A stretch of DNA of 64,000 nucleotides from Candidatus Saccharimonadales bacterium (GCA_035480635.1 DATIHN010000019.1:16260-80259), one strand, 5' to 3'; shown: positions 19,768 to 30,028, counted from the first letter of the stretch. The notes: a model not told the origin generated them from the letters alone. Numbers and translations are program-made.

Positions 19768-20013
19768 CTAGCGACGTTTGGCTTGGCGAGATTTTTGGTA
19801 GGCCAAAATAACCCAAGCCACCACACTCAGTGCTGTTACGGCCGCCGAAAGTGGCAGATTCAAACTAACATCAGTGACAACAAAGATAATTAAAATGACA
19901 ATGGTCACTAGGCTAGTAATTAGCGCCGGTTTTTGACGACCCCGGATGGTGGGGATTAGTGATAGAGAAAGTATGGTGATACCCGCTACGAAAATTAAAT
20001 CTTGCCACTTCAT
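19768..20013 (-). CDS. Hypothetical small membrane protein (81 aa)
   Basis: Start set to the internal Met giving a TAATG overlap with the upstream gene. Two TM helices. Confidence 0.4.
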   Translation of the reverse strand: MKWQDLIFVAGITILSLSLIPTIRGRQKPALITSLVTIVILIIFVVTDVSLNLPLSAAVTALSVVAWVILAYQKSRQAKRR

Positions 20014-20522
20014 TAATGCTTCTCGCCCCGACTTTGAGCGATAAAGGCCTCGGCAATAATGAAGATTGGTACGATTGCCACCAGCCACAGTCGGTAAGTG
20101 TAGAGTTCAAAAGCTAGAGTCGAATTATCGGTGATGTGAGCAAGTGTGGCGCCCTCGAGCTGACCAAGGCCCATACTGATGATTAGCCCGGCCGTTAAGA
20201 CCGCTAGAATCACGGTTACACTCATGCCAGCATGAGCCCCGCGGCTGCGGTGGCGGCGACTGACTTCCAGGAGCACAATTGGAGCAATAAAGAGAGCCAG
20301 GCGAATAGCGCCGATGTTAATGTTATCGTGCCCGTGCTTCGATAAATAATCTTGGATTCCGCTGCCAAGCTGGCTGGCTAGCACAATGCCAACGTAAGTA
20401 CTCATGGCCAAATTGCGGACTTTGGCGTGCCCGGCCATTAGGCCATATACCACCACCGCTGCGATGATCAAAATAATTACCAGCGTGGCACTAAAATCAA
20501 TTGCGGGGATATTCATAGCCAT
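20013..20522 (-). CDS. Hypothetical polytopic membrane protein (169 aa)
   Basis: Four or five hydrophobic helices. Confidence 0.45.
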   Translation of the reverse strand: MAMNIPAIDFSATLVIILIIAAVVVYGLMAGHAKVRNLAMSTYVGIVLASQLGSGIQDYLSKHGHDNINIGAIRLALFIAPIVLLEVSRRHRSRGAHAGMSVTVILAVLTAGLIISMGLGQLEGATLAHITDNSTLAFELYTYRLWLVAIVPIFIIAEAFIAQSRGEKH

Positions 20523-20570
20523 GGTTTTCAGGTTTAAGTATAGCGCTTATGGTGCCTGATTTCGAGCCTC

Positions 20571-21881
20571 CTACTCGTTTAACAAATCAATTACTAGAGC
20601 CGCCGTCCACGAAAAGCCCTCAATGCCGTAGGGTTTGCCATCCAGCGGGGAGAAATATTCGCTAAAACCGGATTTCTCGACCAAGGCGAGAGTTTTGGCT
20701 CGCAGTTCGCTGGCCAAATCGTCATAGCCGTAGCGCCTGAGCCCCTGAATGATCAGCCAGTTAGTGTTGACCCACGTCGGCCCCTGCCAATAGCGCTTCT
20801 GGCTAAACCCTGGCCAATCCAGGGCGGCCGTTGGCACTGGAAATTGTGGCCAATAACGTTTGGGATCCTGGAGAAGTTCGACCAACTTTGCTGCTTGTGC
20901 CTTGGTCGCCACACCAGCAATCAGAGGGAAGAAAGTGTTGATAGAGGGTGATTTAATCAGCTGGCCAGTGGTGTAGTCGCGAGAATAAAACTCCTGGCCG
21001 TCCCAGAGTTGCTGGATGGCTCGCTTGGTCCGAGTGGCAGCGGTTGCTAGTTCGTGAGGCAATTTAGCATCAATTAATCCGGCTAAGCGGCCGAGTGATT
21101 CGTTCGATACAACCAGCAGACAATTGGTGGTCAAACTCTCCACTGCGATGGTCGGGTGTTTAAGAATTTTTTTGCCATCATAGCCTTTGCGCCGCAGTTT
21201 GGCTGCCAGCACGACGGAACGGGCGGCATCATGGAGATCAAGCCGCTCTTCGGTCGGCACAATTCGGGTATCAGGCCTCAGGCGATTGACGACCGATTTT
21301 AAACCTAGCTTTAGGCCAATATTAAGATACAGAGGCAGACGCACTCGTTGAAGCATTTCGGTCCAGGGGGGTGTATTATCCAGCCCGTTTTCCCACAAGT
21401 GTACTAGTACCACCAAGCCCGTGCCTTTAGGATCGCGCTCCCGATACCACCACTGGTGATAGGCCACTAGCGCCGGATAAACTTGGCGGATGAACTCCTC
21501 GCGCAGGGCCGAACCCAAATGTTCCGCCACGATTTCGGCTGCCATGGCAATGACTGGTGGTTGGGTGATGCCCGATGTCAAAACCTGGCGGGGGGCAAAT
21601 TTGGAGCGATTGGAGCGCCAGAATTTTTGATCCAACCAGTAATCTTCGCTAGCGCCAAAAACCACATGTGGAATCATGCCGTTACCCCACTGGCTACGCA
21701 ACAGTGTTTGAATTTCTTGGGCCGCCCGTACCGGATCGTAATGGGCCAAGCCAATGGCGATGAAGGCCGAATCCCACAGCCATTGGTGGGGGTAGAGTTT
21801 AGTCGAAGGCACCGTATAGTCACCTTGATCGTTGGCCGCCAACACTCGTTTGGCAGCTTGTTCGAGTTGGATTAGCTTCAC
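20571..21881 (-). CDS. (alpha/alpha)6-barrel glycoside hydrolase, GH63/GH37-type (mannosyl-/glucosylglycerate hydrolase or trehalase-like)
   Basis: 'YPHQWLWDSAF', 'YWQGPTWVNTNWL' and 'GFSEYFSPLDG' resemble clan GH-G signatures. Confidence 0.5.
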   Translation of the reverse strand: MKLIQLEQAAKRVLAANDQGDYTVPSTKLYPHQWLWDSAFIAIGLAHYDPVRAAQEIQTLLRSQWGNGMIPHVVFGASEDYWLDQKFWRSNRSKFAPRQVLTSGITQPPVIAMAAEIVAEHLGSALREEFIRQVYPALVAYHQWWYRERDPKGTGLVVLVHLWENGLDNTPPWTEMLQRVRLPLYLNIGLKLGLKSVVNRLRPDTRIVPTEERLDLHDAARSVVLAAKLRRKGYDGKKILKHPTIAVESLTTNCLLVVSNESLGRLAGLIDAKLPHELATAATRTKRAIQQLWDGQEFYSRDYTTGQLIKSPSINTFFPLIAGVATKAQAAKLVELLQDPKRYWPQFPVPTAALDWPGFSQKRYWQGPTWVNTNWLIIQGLRRYGYDDLASELRAKTLALVEKSGFSEYFSPLDGKPYGIEGFSWTAALVIDLLNE

Positions 21882-21941
21882 CTACCTATTATAGTGCTTA
21901 TGGCAAACTTCAAATAAATCTTCTTCCATCAACCGATTTTA

Positions 21942-22254
21942 CCCAGCCCATTTTTTGTGTAAGCTCACTCTTATTACTCCCACAACTAGTACTAACTAAG
22001 TCGATACAAAAAAATGGGCTGGGGAGCCTATCTTTTGGATCATCTTGAGCAGATTGCTCATCGGTATACTCCCACTATCTATTTCTTCGCAATCTGCTGT
22101 CTAGAAAAAGGTAATAGTCGTTCGAGCCGAAAGACTGTACGTCCTATTAGCGAGCGACATAAACTGGCGAGCCAGTCTTAAGGCCGAACGACAAAATTCG
22201 CAGGGCAGGGGATATGGGGGTAAGAAGAGTGAGCTTACACAAAAAATTGGTGGG
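21942..22254 (+). repeat. Structured non-coding repeat element, copy 2 (same orientation as copy 1)
   Basis: 5' arm 'CCCAGCCCATTTTTTGTGTAAGCTCACTCTTATTACTCCC'. 3' arm 'GGGGGTAAGAAGAGTGAGCTTACACAAAAAATTGGTGGGG' is the inverted complement of the copy-1-type 5' arm. The internal hairpin partner carries compensatory changes. Confidence 0.6.
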
Positions 22255-22288
22255 GAAAAGCGTATTAAAAACCTGTTGAGGGAGTTTT

Positions 22289-22588
22289 TTAAGGCGAGAA
22301 GGGATCGCTTTTACCGATATTGGTAAGATCAATCGGTGGGTTGAGCTGCTGGAGGTGATTGATAGTATCGATGGTCTTTTTATCAAAATTGATCTTGGTT
22401 TGATCGAGCTTAGCCCGCTGGTCTGCCAGATAAGCTTGATCTGGCTCTAGAGACACCAACCGACTAATCAAGAGCCCAGCATAGCCAACCAGCACAATTA
22501 CAGCTGCCACTATGAAGAGGCCTTTAAATTTCAGCGCTATGGCAGAGACTTTTTTGATTACGGCTTTAAAATTAATTTTTAGTTTCAT
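22289..22588 (-). CDS. Small pilus-operon protein with N-terminal TM anchor (PilP-like position)
   Basis: 99 aa. One TM helix. ATGA-coupled to pilO. Confidence 0.35.
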   Translation of the reverse strand: MKLKINFKAVIKKVSAIALKFKGLFIVAAVIVLVGYAGLLISRLVSLEPDQAYLADQRAKLDQTKINFDKKTIDTINHLQQLNPPIDLTNIGKSDPFSP

Positions 22589-23136
22589 GGCTTGACGTAA
22601 ACATTTAGCGTAATGCTAAAGGTTAATCCTTTGTTATTGTCGGCTCGGGTAATTGATAGGGCCGAAACGTTACTGTAGCGGCCGAGGTTTTCGACTGAGG
22701 CCAAGAAGGCTTGGAGTTGATCGTAACTACCGGATAGCTGGAAGTTTATCGGCAGCGCTAGGACATCGCCGCTGCGAACGGTTTGACTGGTAGAAGTCGG
22801 TAAGCCATTGTTGGCTTGGAAACTGGCGCTCGGCAATTTCATGCCGGCGTTGGCGGCTAATTGTTGGATTTGCAAAACCACCTCGGACTGGTTCTTGTCC
22901 GTTGGTAGAGCGACATTGAGTTTAGCCAGCGCCGGTTGTAATTCTTGGAACTGCTTCTTCAAATCACTGAGTTGATCAAGGTGTTCTTGAGCCAGCGTGG
23001 CATCAGCCGCGGTTCGGGCTAGAGCACCGGTTTGGGTGCGGATCTTTTTGATACCCATATAAAAGCCGCCACCCAGAACTATGGTCAGTACCAAGCACAG
23101 ACCTAGCAGGATAAAGAAGAACTTCTTGGGTTTCAC
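22585..23136 (-). CDS. pilO: Type IV pilus assembly protein PilO
   Basis: N-terminal TM anchor plus coiled coil. Position in the pilMNO operon. Confidence 0.6.
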   Translation of the reverse strand: MKPKKFFFILLGLCLVLTIVLGGGFYMGIKKIRTQTGALARTAADATLAQEHLDQLSDLKKQFQELQPALAKLNVALPTDKNQSEVVLQIQQLAANAGMKLPSASFQANNGLPTSTSQTVRSGDVLALPINFQLSGSYDQLQAFLASVENLGRYSNVSALSITRADNNKGLTFSITLNVYVKP

Positions 23137-23675
23137 CTGGACGCTCCTGGTTTGAAGGCCACTGTCACGTTAACTTTATAGACCCCATCTGCTGGATTCG
23201 AGATATCGTCAATCGAGGCATCTTTGATCCGGCTCGACGTTACCAAGGCATCACGAAAGCTGACGGCCGAAGAGTAAGAATTGGCAGTGGCGGCAATTTT
23301 AACAGCCTGCTTGGAATCCCCCGTCAAACTAATCGAATTGATGAAGACGCCCCGCGGCGTGTGGGCCGCCAAGTCAGCTAGCAGACTGGAAAAGCGAGCC
23401 TGATCTCCCACCAAAGTTTTAAAGGCCTTCAAGCGGCTGTTGGCCGCTTGAGCCTGCGATTCTAGATCTTTATAGCCATTAATTTGGCTTTGCTTAGCCG
23501 CAATGTCTTTTTCGTAAGACTGTTTTTGATGGCTAATATAGACTTCAGCCCCGGCGAATTCGGCTCCGACTATCAGAATCACCAAGCTTAGCAACCAAAC
23601 GTAGCGGACCACAGTGCGGTTGCGTTTGGCGTAGCTGGTTTCGGCTTTGACTGTTGGCGGCAGCAGGTTGATCAT
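23133..23675 (-). CDS. pilN: Type IV pilus assembly protein PilN
   Basis: 'MINLLPP' N-terminus typical of PilN, one TM helix, coiled coil. Confidence 0.7.
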   Translation of the reverse strand: MINLLPPTVKAETSYAKRNRTVVRYVWLLSLVILIVGAEFAGAEVYISHQKQSYEKDIAAKQSQINGYKDLESQAQAANSRLKAFKTLVGDQARFSSLLADLAAHTPRGVFINSISLTGDSKQAVKIAATANSYSSAVSFRDALVTSSRIKDASIDDISNPADGVYKVNVTVAFKPGASR

Positions 23676-24742
23676 GGCATGACCTCGAGTAAAGCCAGGC
23701 CGATGGCAGTGGCGTACATGGGCGCTTCCAGGGGATCTGGGCTTTTGACGTGTTTAATGCCCAGATTTTGCCAGGGGTTCGCTACCGTTAGTGGGACACC
23801 CAGGCTTTTGGTTAAATAATCAGTTAGACCCGGCATGTTAGCACTACCGCCGCTGACGACCACCGAGCTAATTTGCTGCTTGCCGGTGGTGCGATCTTGG
23901 TAGTACTTCATGGCTTTCTTCATTTCGCTGATCAAACTTTTTAACAATGGATCCAAAGCTTCCATGACCTTGGATTGCAACCCACTCGTGCCAATGCCAA
24001 ACTTGTATTTGATTTCATTAGCTTGTTCGGTGGTTATGCCCAAGTTTTTGACTAGAGCGGCCGTGACTTGATCGCCACCAACCGGAATCGTCCCAGTAAA
24101 GCGAATAACTTGATCGTAAACCGCCAGATCAGCCGAGATCGAGCCAAAGTCCAAAATCAAACTAGGGCCTTGAGCGTTGCTGGCCGCCATGACCGAGCGC
24201 GTGATCGACATTAAACTAATTTCGACAGCGGCAATACCCAGACCTAGGGCCGTAATCAGTTTGACGTAGGAATCAACAATGGCTCTGGGCGCTGCCACCA
24301 TCAAAATATCGGTGTGGGGTTCGCCTTTTTCGGGCTTATTAATGCCAATAATCTCATAATCCATGTACAAATCGGTTGGCGGCACCGGAATCGACTGCTC
24401 GGCTTCCAGGCGAATGGCCTCTTCCAAGTCCTTCTTGTCCATGATCGGTAGTTGCAGGGTCCTAGTAAAAACTTTGGCCACTGGCAGGGCCGTGGCCACT
24501 TTTTTGGCACTAAACTTCGATCCGCTGCTGGTAAGCACAGGGGCGATTTGTTTGGCCAAACTTTCGGGATCAACCACAATGCCCTCCACGACTGATTCGG
24601 CCGTGAAGTTGACATGACCATAGGCCACCACATCAACACCCTTGTTGCCATGGCGAACCTGAACTAACTTGGCATTATGACTACCAATGTCGAGACCCAT
24701 TAGGGAGCTCTTGCGGTAGACCAGGGGAGTTTGCAACCTCAC
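23672..24742 (-). CDS. pilM: Type IV pilus assembly ATPase-like protein PilM
   Basis: Actin/FtsA-like fold 'GLDIGSHNAKLVQV'. Confidence 0.85.
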   Translation of the reverse strand: MRLQTPLVYRKSSLMGLDIGSHNAKLVQVRHGNKGVDVVAYGHVNFTAESVVEGIVVDPESLAKQIAPVLTSSGSKFSAKKVATALPVAKVFTRTLQLPIMDKKDLEEAIRLEAEQSIPVPPTDLYMDYEIIGINKPEKGEPHTDILMVAAPRAIVDSYVKLITALGLGIAAVEISLMSITRSVMAASNAQGPSLILDFGSISADLAVYDQVIRFTGTIPVGGDQVTAALVKNLGITTEQANEIKYKFGIGTSGLQSKVMEALDPLLKSLISEMKKAMKYYQDRTTGKQQISSVVVSGGSANMPGLTDYLTKSLGVPLTVANPWQNLGIKHVKSPDPLEAPMYATAIGLALLEVMP

Positions 24743-24846
24743 CTCTCTCGTAGCATTAGCAGTTTAATTATAGCACGAGCGCTTTGACTTTCTAGGGTAA
24801 TAAATATTGACAATATACTAGTAAAAAGGTTTAATTAATCGGTAAT

Positions 24847-25527
24847 TTGACACCGCCGCAGTTAGTCGGTAAAACCCTGGCAATCAGCCAAAAAGGGTAC
24901 ACTGGCGGCCCAACGAAAGGCAGACCAATGCCTGGTTCCATTCACTCCATGTCGGTCGGCAAGCTCGAAAGGTTCCTTGAAACCTTAGATGCCGCCGGTG
25001 TGGCCGAAGATGATGTCGACAATCTTCTGGCTGGCAACCGTGTCGGTCGCAAACTGACCAACTGGTGGGTGGATCAGTTAAAGAAGCGGCGAGCCGACGA
25101 ACCAATCGCTGCGTTGAAAATCAACTATAGTCAGTCCTTGGCCAAGATGATCGCGGCGGGTGAATTCGATCGCGTTTCTCCGGGGATTACCGAAGAGAGC
25201 TTCCCCATTGCGCCAGGTCCTGAGCGAGTTGAAGCCACTCGGCTGCAGTTCGAGACTTCCTGTACAACAGGCTACGTCTTGACCGAGATGGAGCGTAGGC
25301 TACTGCGGCCAGCGACATTGCCGGAGCTGCTGGCCTTTGCGAGGTCGGGTCATCAAAGCGTACTGCCGACCATCGCTCTTGGGGCAGCACACAGACCAAA
25401 TCCAGTTAGCTACAGCTTCGTCTGCAGCCTGATGTTCGACGAGACAGGCAGTCATCTCCTGCTTGAGGCGGACAAAAATGACTGGGATCCCGGAGTGTTG
25501 TTTCTGGCCATTCGTAAGTACTCGTAG
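24847..25527 (+). CDS. Hypothetical protein (226 aa) on the opposite strand inside the pilus locus
   Basis: GC-rich. TTG start is uncertain; an internal ATG at about 24925 is an alternative. Confidence 0.35.
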   Translation: MTPPQLVGKTLAISQKGYTGGPTKGRPMPGSIHSMSVGKLERFLETLDAAGVAEDDVDNLLAGNRVGRKLTNWWVDQLKKRRADEPIAALKINYSQSLAKMIAAGEFDRVSPGITEESFPIAPGPERVEATRLQFETSCTTGYVLTEMERRLLRPATLPELLAFARSGHQSVLPTIALGAAHRPNPVSYSFVCSLMFDETGSHLLLEADKNDWDPGVLFLAIRKYS

Positions 25528-25580
25528 AAGGAATACACTGTGCCCGCTCATTCGTGAGCGGGCACTTTACTTTTATAACC

Positions 25581-25606
25581 AAAAAACGGCCCTCGGGCCG
25601 TTTTTT
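25581..25606. terminator. Bidirectional Rho-independent terminator
   Basis: AAAAAA-CGGCCC-TC-GGGCCG-TTTTTT, between the convergent genes 24847-25527 and the pilin gene. Confidence 0.7.
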
Positions 25607-25621
25607 GTGAGTCAAACTAAA

Positions 25622-26065
25622 CTAGTTGGTGCTGGTGACTTCGTAGGTGTTGGTCGTACCAGCTTTAATCTGCGAGTCCTTGGTGTTTTCCAAGGTTGCA
25701 TCGAGGACGTAGCTAGTACAAGCGCCAGCGGCACAACCCGATGGGACCGGGGTGTAAACGTAGGCGGGGTTACCGGACTTAGGATCTGCCGGCATACTGG
25801 GGATATAGGCCGTCACCAAATGGGCGCTTAGACCAGCGTAGTCTCCAGCTGGATAGGCATTGTTGTCATTGTAGTAGGTTTCGAGGGCGTTTTTGACCGC
25901 GCGCATATCACTCTTACGCTGAGCGTCGCGGGCTCGCTTCGGACCACTGGCCAGACCTGGCACGATGATCAACGCCAAAATACCAATAATGACGATTACG
26001 ATCAGAAGTTCGAGCAGGGTGAAACCTTGCTGCCTTCTTAACAATTTACGCATGTGAGTGCTCAC
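25622..26065 (-). CDS. pilA: Type IV major pilin (PilA-like prepilin)
   Basis: 'RRQQGFTLLELLIVIVIIGILA' class III signal peptide / N-methylation motif. Confidence 0.85.
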   Translation of the reverse strand: MSTHMRKLLRRQQGFTLLELLIVIVIIGILALIIVPGLASGPKRARDAQRKSDMRAVKNALETYYNDNNAYPAGDYAGLSAHLVTAYIPSMPADPKSGNPAYVYTPVPSGCAAGACTSYVLDATLENTKDSQIKAGTTNTYEVTSTN

Positions 26066-26111
26066 CTCCTTTATATTATGGCGATTCAGCAGTTAAGCTG
26101 TAATCACAGTA

Positions 26112-26140
26112 ATAATAAAGCGCCTATGCTTAGAAGTCAA
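26112..26140 (-). promoter_or_regulatory. Putative sigma-70 promoter for the pilin gene (-35 TTGACT, 17-nt spacer, -10 TATTAT) plus AAGGAGGTG RBS
   Basis: Read from the reverse complement of 26066-26143. Confidence 0.45.
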
Positions 26141-26143
26141 TCA

Positions 26144-27352
26144 CTAAACTTGGTTATTCAGCTGCGAAATTGGGCCGAAGACCGATAGCACGATGAAGCC
26201 GATCATGACGCCTAGGGCGATAATTAAAACTGGTTCGATGATGGAAGCAATGCTTGAGATGACGGTATCAACTTCGCGTTCGTAAAAATCGGCCACTTTA
26301 ACTAAAATTTCATCTAATTTACCGGTTTCTTCGCCAACCAGCGTCATTTGCGCCACAATCGGGGGAAAGAGTTCCGAGTTTTTGAGCGGCTCGGAAATTG
26401 ATTTACCGTTGCGGATGGCCCGGGCCATTTCATCCAAGGCATCACTGAAAAGGCTGTTTTTGAGGGCCGATTTGGTGGCGGTTAGAGCTTCCATGACATT
26501 AATTCCGGAAGACAGTAGCGAACCAAAGGTTCGAGCGAACCTGGCCACGTTGACTTTAATAATAATGGGCCCAACGATCGGCGCTTTGGTTAGGACCCGA
26601 TCGACAATGCGTTTGCCCCGAGCAGTCGCATGAAAGCGGATGAAGGTTACCACTATGGCCACCATTATGATAATTAATATGTACCAGAAGTGAGTCATAA
26701 AGTTGCTTATTCCCAACAAGATTCGGGTGTAAATTGGCAACTGGCCGCCTAAGTCTTTGAAGATGACCGACAGTTTCGGAACGATGACGGTCATCAAAAA
26801 GAAGAAGGCAAATACGGCCACGGTCGAAATAACACCAGGATAAATCATGGCGCCGCGGACTTTGCCGACGATTTCGGCGTCTTTTTCTTGCTGCGTGGCT
26901 AAGCGCTCGAGGACCTCATCCAAAATACCACCAGTTTCGCCGGCCCGGACCATGTTGATGTAAACGTAGCTAAAAACGTCGGGGTGCTGGGCCAGGGCAT
27001 CAGCTAGAGTCCCGCCGCTTTCCACCCGCTTAGTGGCATCGCGCAAAGCCTCTTGCAGGCGTTTGGATTCGGAAGCCTCCTCGCTCAATATCGTCAGCGC
27101 CTTGACGATCGGGACACCGGCATTGACCATGGTGGCCAACTGGCGCGAAAAGATGACTTTGTCTTTGAGCTTGACCTTGCGGCCTTTTTTAAACAGGCCA
27201 AAGCCGCCGCCCTCCTTTTGCTCTTTGACTAAGACCGGCACCAAGTTTTGTTGCGACAGGCTAGCGAGCGCCGCCGCTCGGTCGGTGGCTGTAAGAGTCC
27301 CTTGTTGCATGGAGCCAGTTTTAGTCCTGGCAGTGTAGCTAAACTGTGCCAT
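26144..27352 (-). CDS. pilC: Type IV pilus inner-membrane platform protein PilC
   Basis: GspF/PilC duplicated domain architecture. 402 aa. Confidence 0.9.
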   Translation of the reverse strand: MAQFSYTARTKTGSMQQGTLTATDRAAALASLSQQNLVPVLVKEQKEGGGFGLFKKGRKVKLKDKVIFSRQLATMVNAGVPIVKALTILSEEASESKRLQEALRDATKRVESGGTLADALAQHPDVFSYVYINMVRAGETGGILDEVLERLATQQEKDAEIVGKVRGAMIYPGVISTVAVFAFFFLMTVIVPKLSVIFKDLGGQLPIYTRILLGISNFMTHFWYILIIIMVAIVVTFIRFHATARGKRIVDRVLTKAPIVGPIIIKVNVARFARTFGSLLSSGINVMEALTATKSALKNSLFSDALDEMARAIRNGKSISEPLKNSELFPPIVAQMTLVGEETGKLDEILVKVADFYEREVDTVISSIASIIEPVLIIALGVMIGFIVLSVFGPISQLNNQV

Positions 27353-29286
27353 TATTCTTTGGTGACCCTTAGGATCTCCTCGATTGTAGTTAGCCCGCGA
27401 ACGGCTTTGGTAAAGCCATCTTGCTGCATCGTTTTCATACCAGCCTTGATGCCAGCGGTTTGAATATCTTCGCTGGTTGCGCGCGTCACAATCATTTTTT
27501 GGACTATGGCATCAATTTCTAGGACTTCGTAGATGCCGATGCGGCCGTTATAACCTGTCGGGCCGCACTGATCACAGCCAGGTCCCGGTTTGAAGAGAAT
27601 AAATTGATCTTTGCTGAGCGTTTTGGGATCGATTTTGGGTGCGGCTTGGGCTACAGCCGCCGGTTTATTAACATCCGAAGGGCGGTTAATAATGTTGGGG
27701 TCGGTCGTAATTTTATCGAGAATTGAATCGTCTTTGGTGATTTTATGTAAGGGTTTTACGACTCGCTCATTCATACCGGCTTTGGCAGGTTCTACGGTTG
27801 CCGGTTTTGGTTCCGGTGCCGCCGGCGCTGCCTGGGGTAAGACGGCCGCGGCCAGAGCTTGATCGACCTGAAAAGTCTTGCGGATATCGGTCATCTCCTC
27901 GGCCGAGGGCAAATACTGAACGCGACAAACATTACACAACCGGCGCACCAGACGCTGGCCAATAACGGTGTTAACGGTGGAGGCGATTAGGAATGGTTCA
28001 ATCCCCATATCGAGCAAGCGCGGCAGGGTGGTGGCGGCATTGTTGGTGTGCAGGGTTGAGAGCACAATGTGGCCGGTTAGGGCAGCCTGCACCGCCAAAT
28101 CGGCTGTTTCTTTATCGCGAATCTCGCCGACCATGATGATATTGGGGTCTTGGCGCAGCAGGGCTCTAAGCCCATTGGCAAAAGTCATGCCGGCTTTGGG
28201 GTTAACTTGGGTTTGATTAACGCCTTGGATGCGATATTCCACCGGATCTTCGACCGTTGAAATGTTGATGCCAGGTGTATTAAGCAAGCTCAAAATACTA
28301 TACAGCGTCGTCGATTTACCCGAACCGGTCGGGCCGGTCACTAGGGTCATGCCATGGGGTTTCTTCAGGTTGCGGTTAATGACTTCCAGCGATCGCCCCT
28401 CGAAGCCTAATTCTTCCAGCGTTTGGGCCTTGGTTGATTCATCGAGCAAGCGCATGACGACTTTTTCGCCATCCATTACCGGTAGGGTCGAAACTCTAAG
28501 GGCCACTGATTTGGAACCCAAGGAAAATTTGAAACGACCATCCTGGGGGATACGATGTTCGTCAATTTTAAGGTTAGCTAGAATTTTGATACGAGAAACC
28601 ACGGCGTTCAAAATCGGTTTGGGAAGGGTCATACTTTCTTGCAAAACCCCATCGATGCGGTAGCGGACTTGGACCAAATTTTCGCGCGGTTCGATGTGAA
28701 CATCCGAGGCCCGAGCTTTGATGCCGTATTCCAAAATGATGTTCACGGTTTTGGCAATTGGCGCATCCTCGGCTAAATCCTTGGCACTAACCTCTTGATC
28801 CTTGCTTTCCTCTTCCGATGAATCGTGAATGGCTTTGGTAATTTCGCTATCGATGTTGCCCTTGTACTGATCGATCAAGGCCAAAATGTCGGAGCTAGCG
28901 GCGGCGTGCACTTTGACGGGGTGACCGAGCTGCTTTTCGATGAAATCAATGGCTTGGAAATCTTCCGGGTCGGCCATGGCCAAATCCAGCTCACCCTTTT
29001 TATCGCCAAACAAGACGACCTGATATTTGCGGGCAATCCGTTCAGGGATTTTGGTCAGAGTGCTTTTGGGCAGCTTGACGTTGGCCAGATCCACGAACGG
29101 TACATCGATGCTAGTGGCATAGAGCTTTACCAAGTCTTTTTCGCTAATAATTTTGCGCTTCAAGACGGTTTGAAGCAGGGTTTCGCCCGATTCTTCGGTG
29201 AATTTTTCGGCGTCTTTGAGCGAGACCGGCTTGACCTTATCGGAAGCCAGCAGCAGTTTCTTGAGCTCCTTATCCGCGATCTGCAT
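27352..29286 (-). CDS. pilB: Type IV pilus assembly ATPase PilB (GspE family) with a ~100-aa low-complexity insertion in the C-terminal zinc-finger loop
   Basis: Walker A 'GPTGSGKSTTL', Asp box, His box. 'CNVCR' and 'CDQCGPTGYNGRIGIYE' are separated by an Ala/Pro-rich insert. Confidence 0.9.
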   Translation of the reverse strand: MQIADKELKKLLLASDKVKPVSLKDAEKFTEESGETLLQTVLKRKIISEKDLVKLYATSIDVPFVDLANVKLPKSTLTKIPERIARKYQVVLFGDKKGELDLAMADPEDFQAIDFIEKQLGHPVKVHAAASSDILALIDQYKGNIDSEITKAIHDSSEEESKDQEVSAKDLAEDAPIAKTVNIILEYGIKARASDVHIEPRENLVQVRYRIDGVLQESMTLPKPILNAVVSRIKILANLKIDEHRIPQDGRFKFSLGSKSVALRVSTLPVMDGEKVVMRLLDESTKAQTLEELGFEGRSLEVINRNLKKPHGMTLVTGPTGSGKSTTLYSILSLLNTPGINISTVEDPVEYRIQGVNQTQVNPKAGMTFANGLRALLRQDPNIIMVGEIRDKETADLAVQAALTGHIVLSTLHTNNAATTLPRLLDMGIEPFLIASTVNTVIGQRLVRRLCNVCRVQYLPSAEEMTDIRKTFQVDQALAAAVLPQAAPAAPEPKPATVEPAKAGMNERVVKPLHKITKDDSILDKITTDPNIINRPSDVNKPAAVAQAAPKIDPKTLSKDQFILFKPGPGCDQCGPTGYNGRIGIYEVLEIDAIVQKMIVTRATSEDIQTAGIKAGMKTMQQDGFTKAVRGLTTIEEILRVTKE

Positions 29287-29366
29287 ATACCGAAATTATA
29301 GCATAAGGGTAATCCCGGATTGAAAATGTAACGACCCCGTCTGACGACGAGGTCGCAAGAGTCGTC

Positions 29367-29957
29367 TTACTCGACAACCACTTGATCAAGCAGGGTCACT
29401 CTGGTCCAGCAGCCGCTGCCATCGAACTCGATTTTGATTCTGCCTTGCCGCTGCATTTCCGACAATCGGTAACGCAAGTCGTCGGCCGGGATATCGACGA
29501 GCGGTTCGAGTTCTTTGACCAGCACGTCACCTTCGGGCACAAACTGGTGGCCTGGGCAGCTCGCCAGGAATTCGGCGATATCCTTTTGCTTCTGCTCGTT
29601 CCGGACCCGTGTTTCGAACGAATTCGGCCAGGTCGAAGGCTTGCGCGGGGCGGCGGGTTCGGCTTTGGCAGGCTCTGGCTTTGGTGGAGGGAAAACTAAA
29701 TCCGGCATCAAGGTGTAGATCCCAAGACGGTGTCGACCCCCGGATGTTAGTCGGTACCAAGAGTGTCTGCCGTTTGGCACACCTTGGATTAGATCGACCT
29801 CGACTAGGTAGTCAATCGACCTATTTACGTCCACTAGGTCCAAGCCAAGTCTCTGATGGGCGAAGGTGGCAAATGGCATAGGCGGGATTTCCAGCTCATC
29901 CATCTGTGAGTCTTTGATCAAAAACAAAACCAGATTCTGGGTCCGGCTGAGTTGCAT
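29367..29957 (-). CDS. Hypothetical protein with N-terminal winged-helix-like segment (first gene of the pilB-pilC operon)
   Basis: 196 aa. Pro-rich linker. GC-rich. Confidence 0.4.
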   Translation of the reverse strand: MQLSRTQNLVLFLIKDSQMDELEIPPMPFATFAHQRLGLDLVDVNRSIDYLVEVDLIQGVPNGRHSWYRLTSGGRHRLGIYTLMPDLVFPPPKPEPAKAEPAAPRKPSTWPNSFETRVRNEQKQKDIAEFLASCPGHQFVPEGDVLVKELEPLVDIPADDLRYRLSEMQRQGRIKIEFDGSGCWTRVTLLDQVVVE

Positions 29958-30028
29958 TAAAAACTCCTGCGGTAAGGTAGGTGCGAAGTGGCCTGATTCT
30001 AGCCCAGAGGGATTTAAAAAACAAGGTC

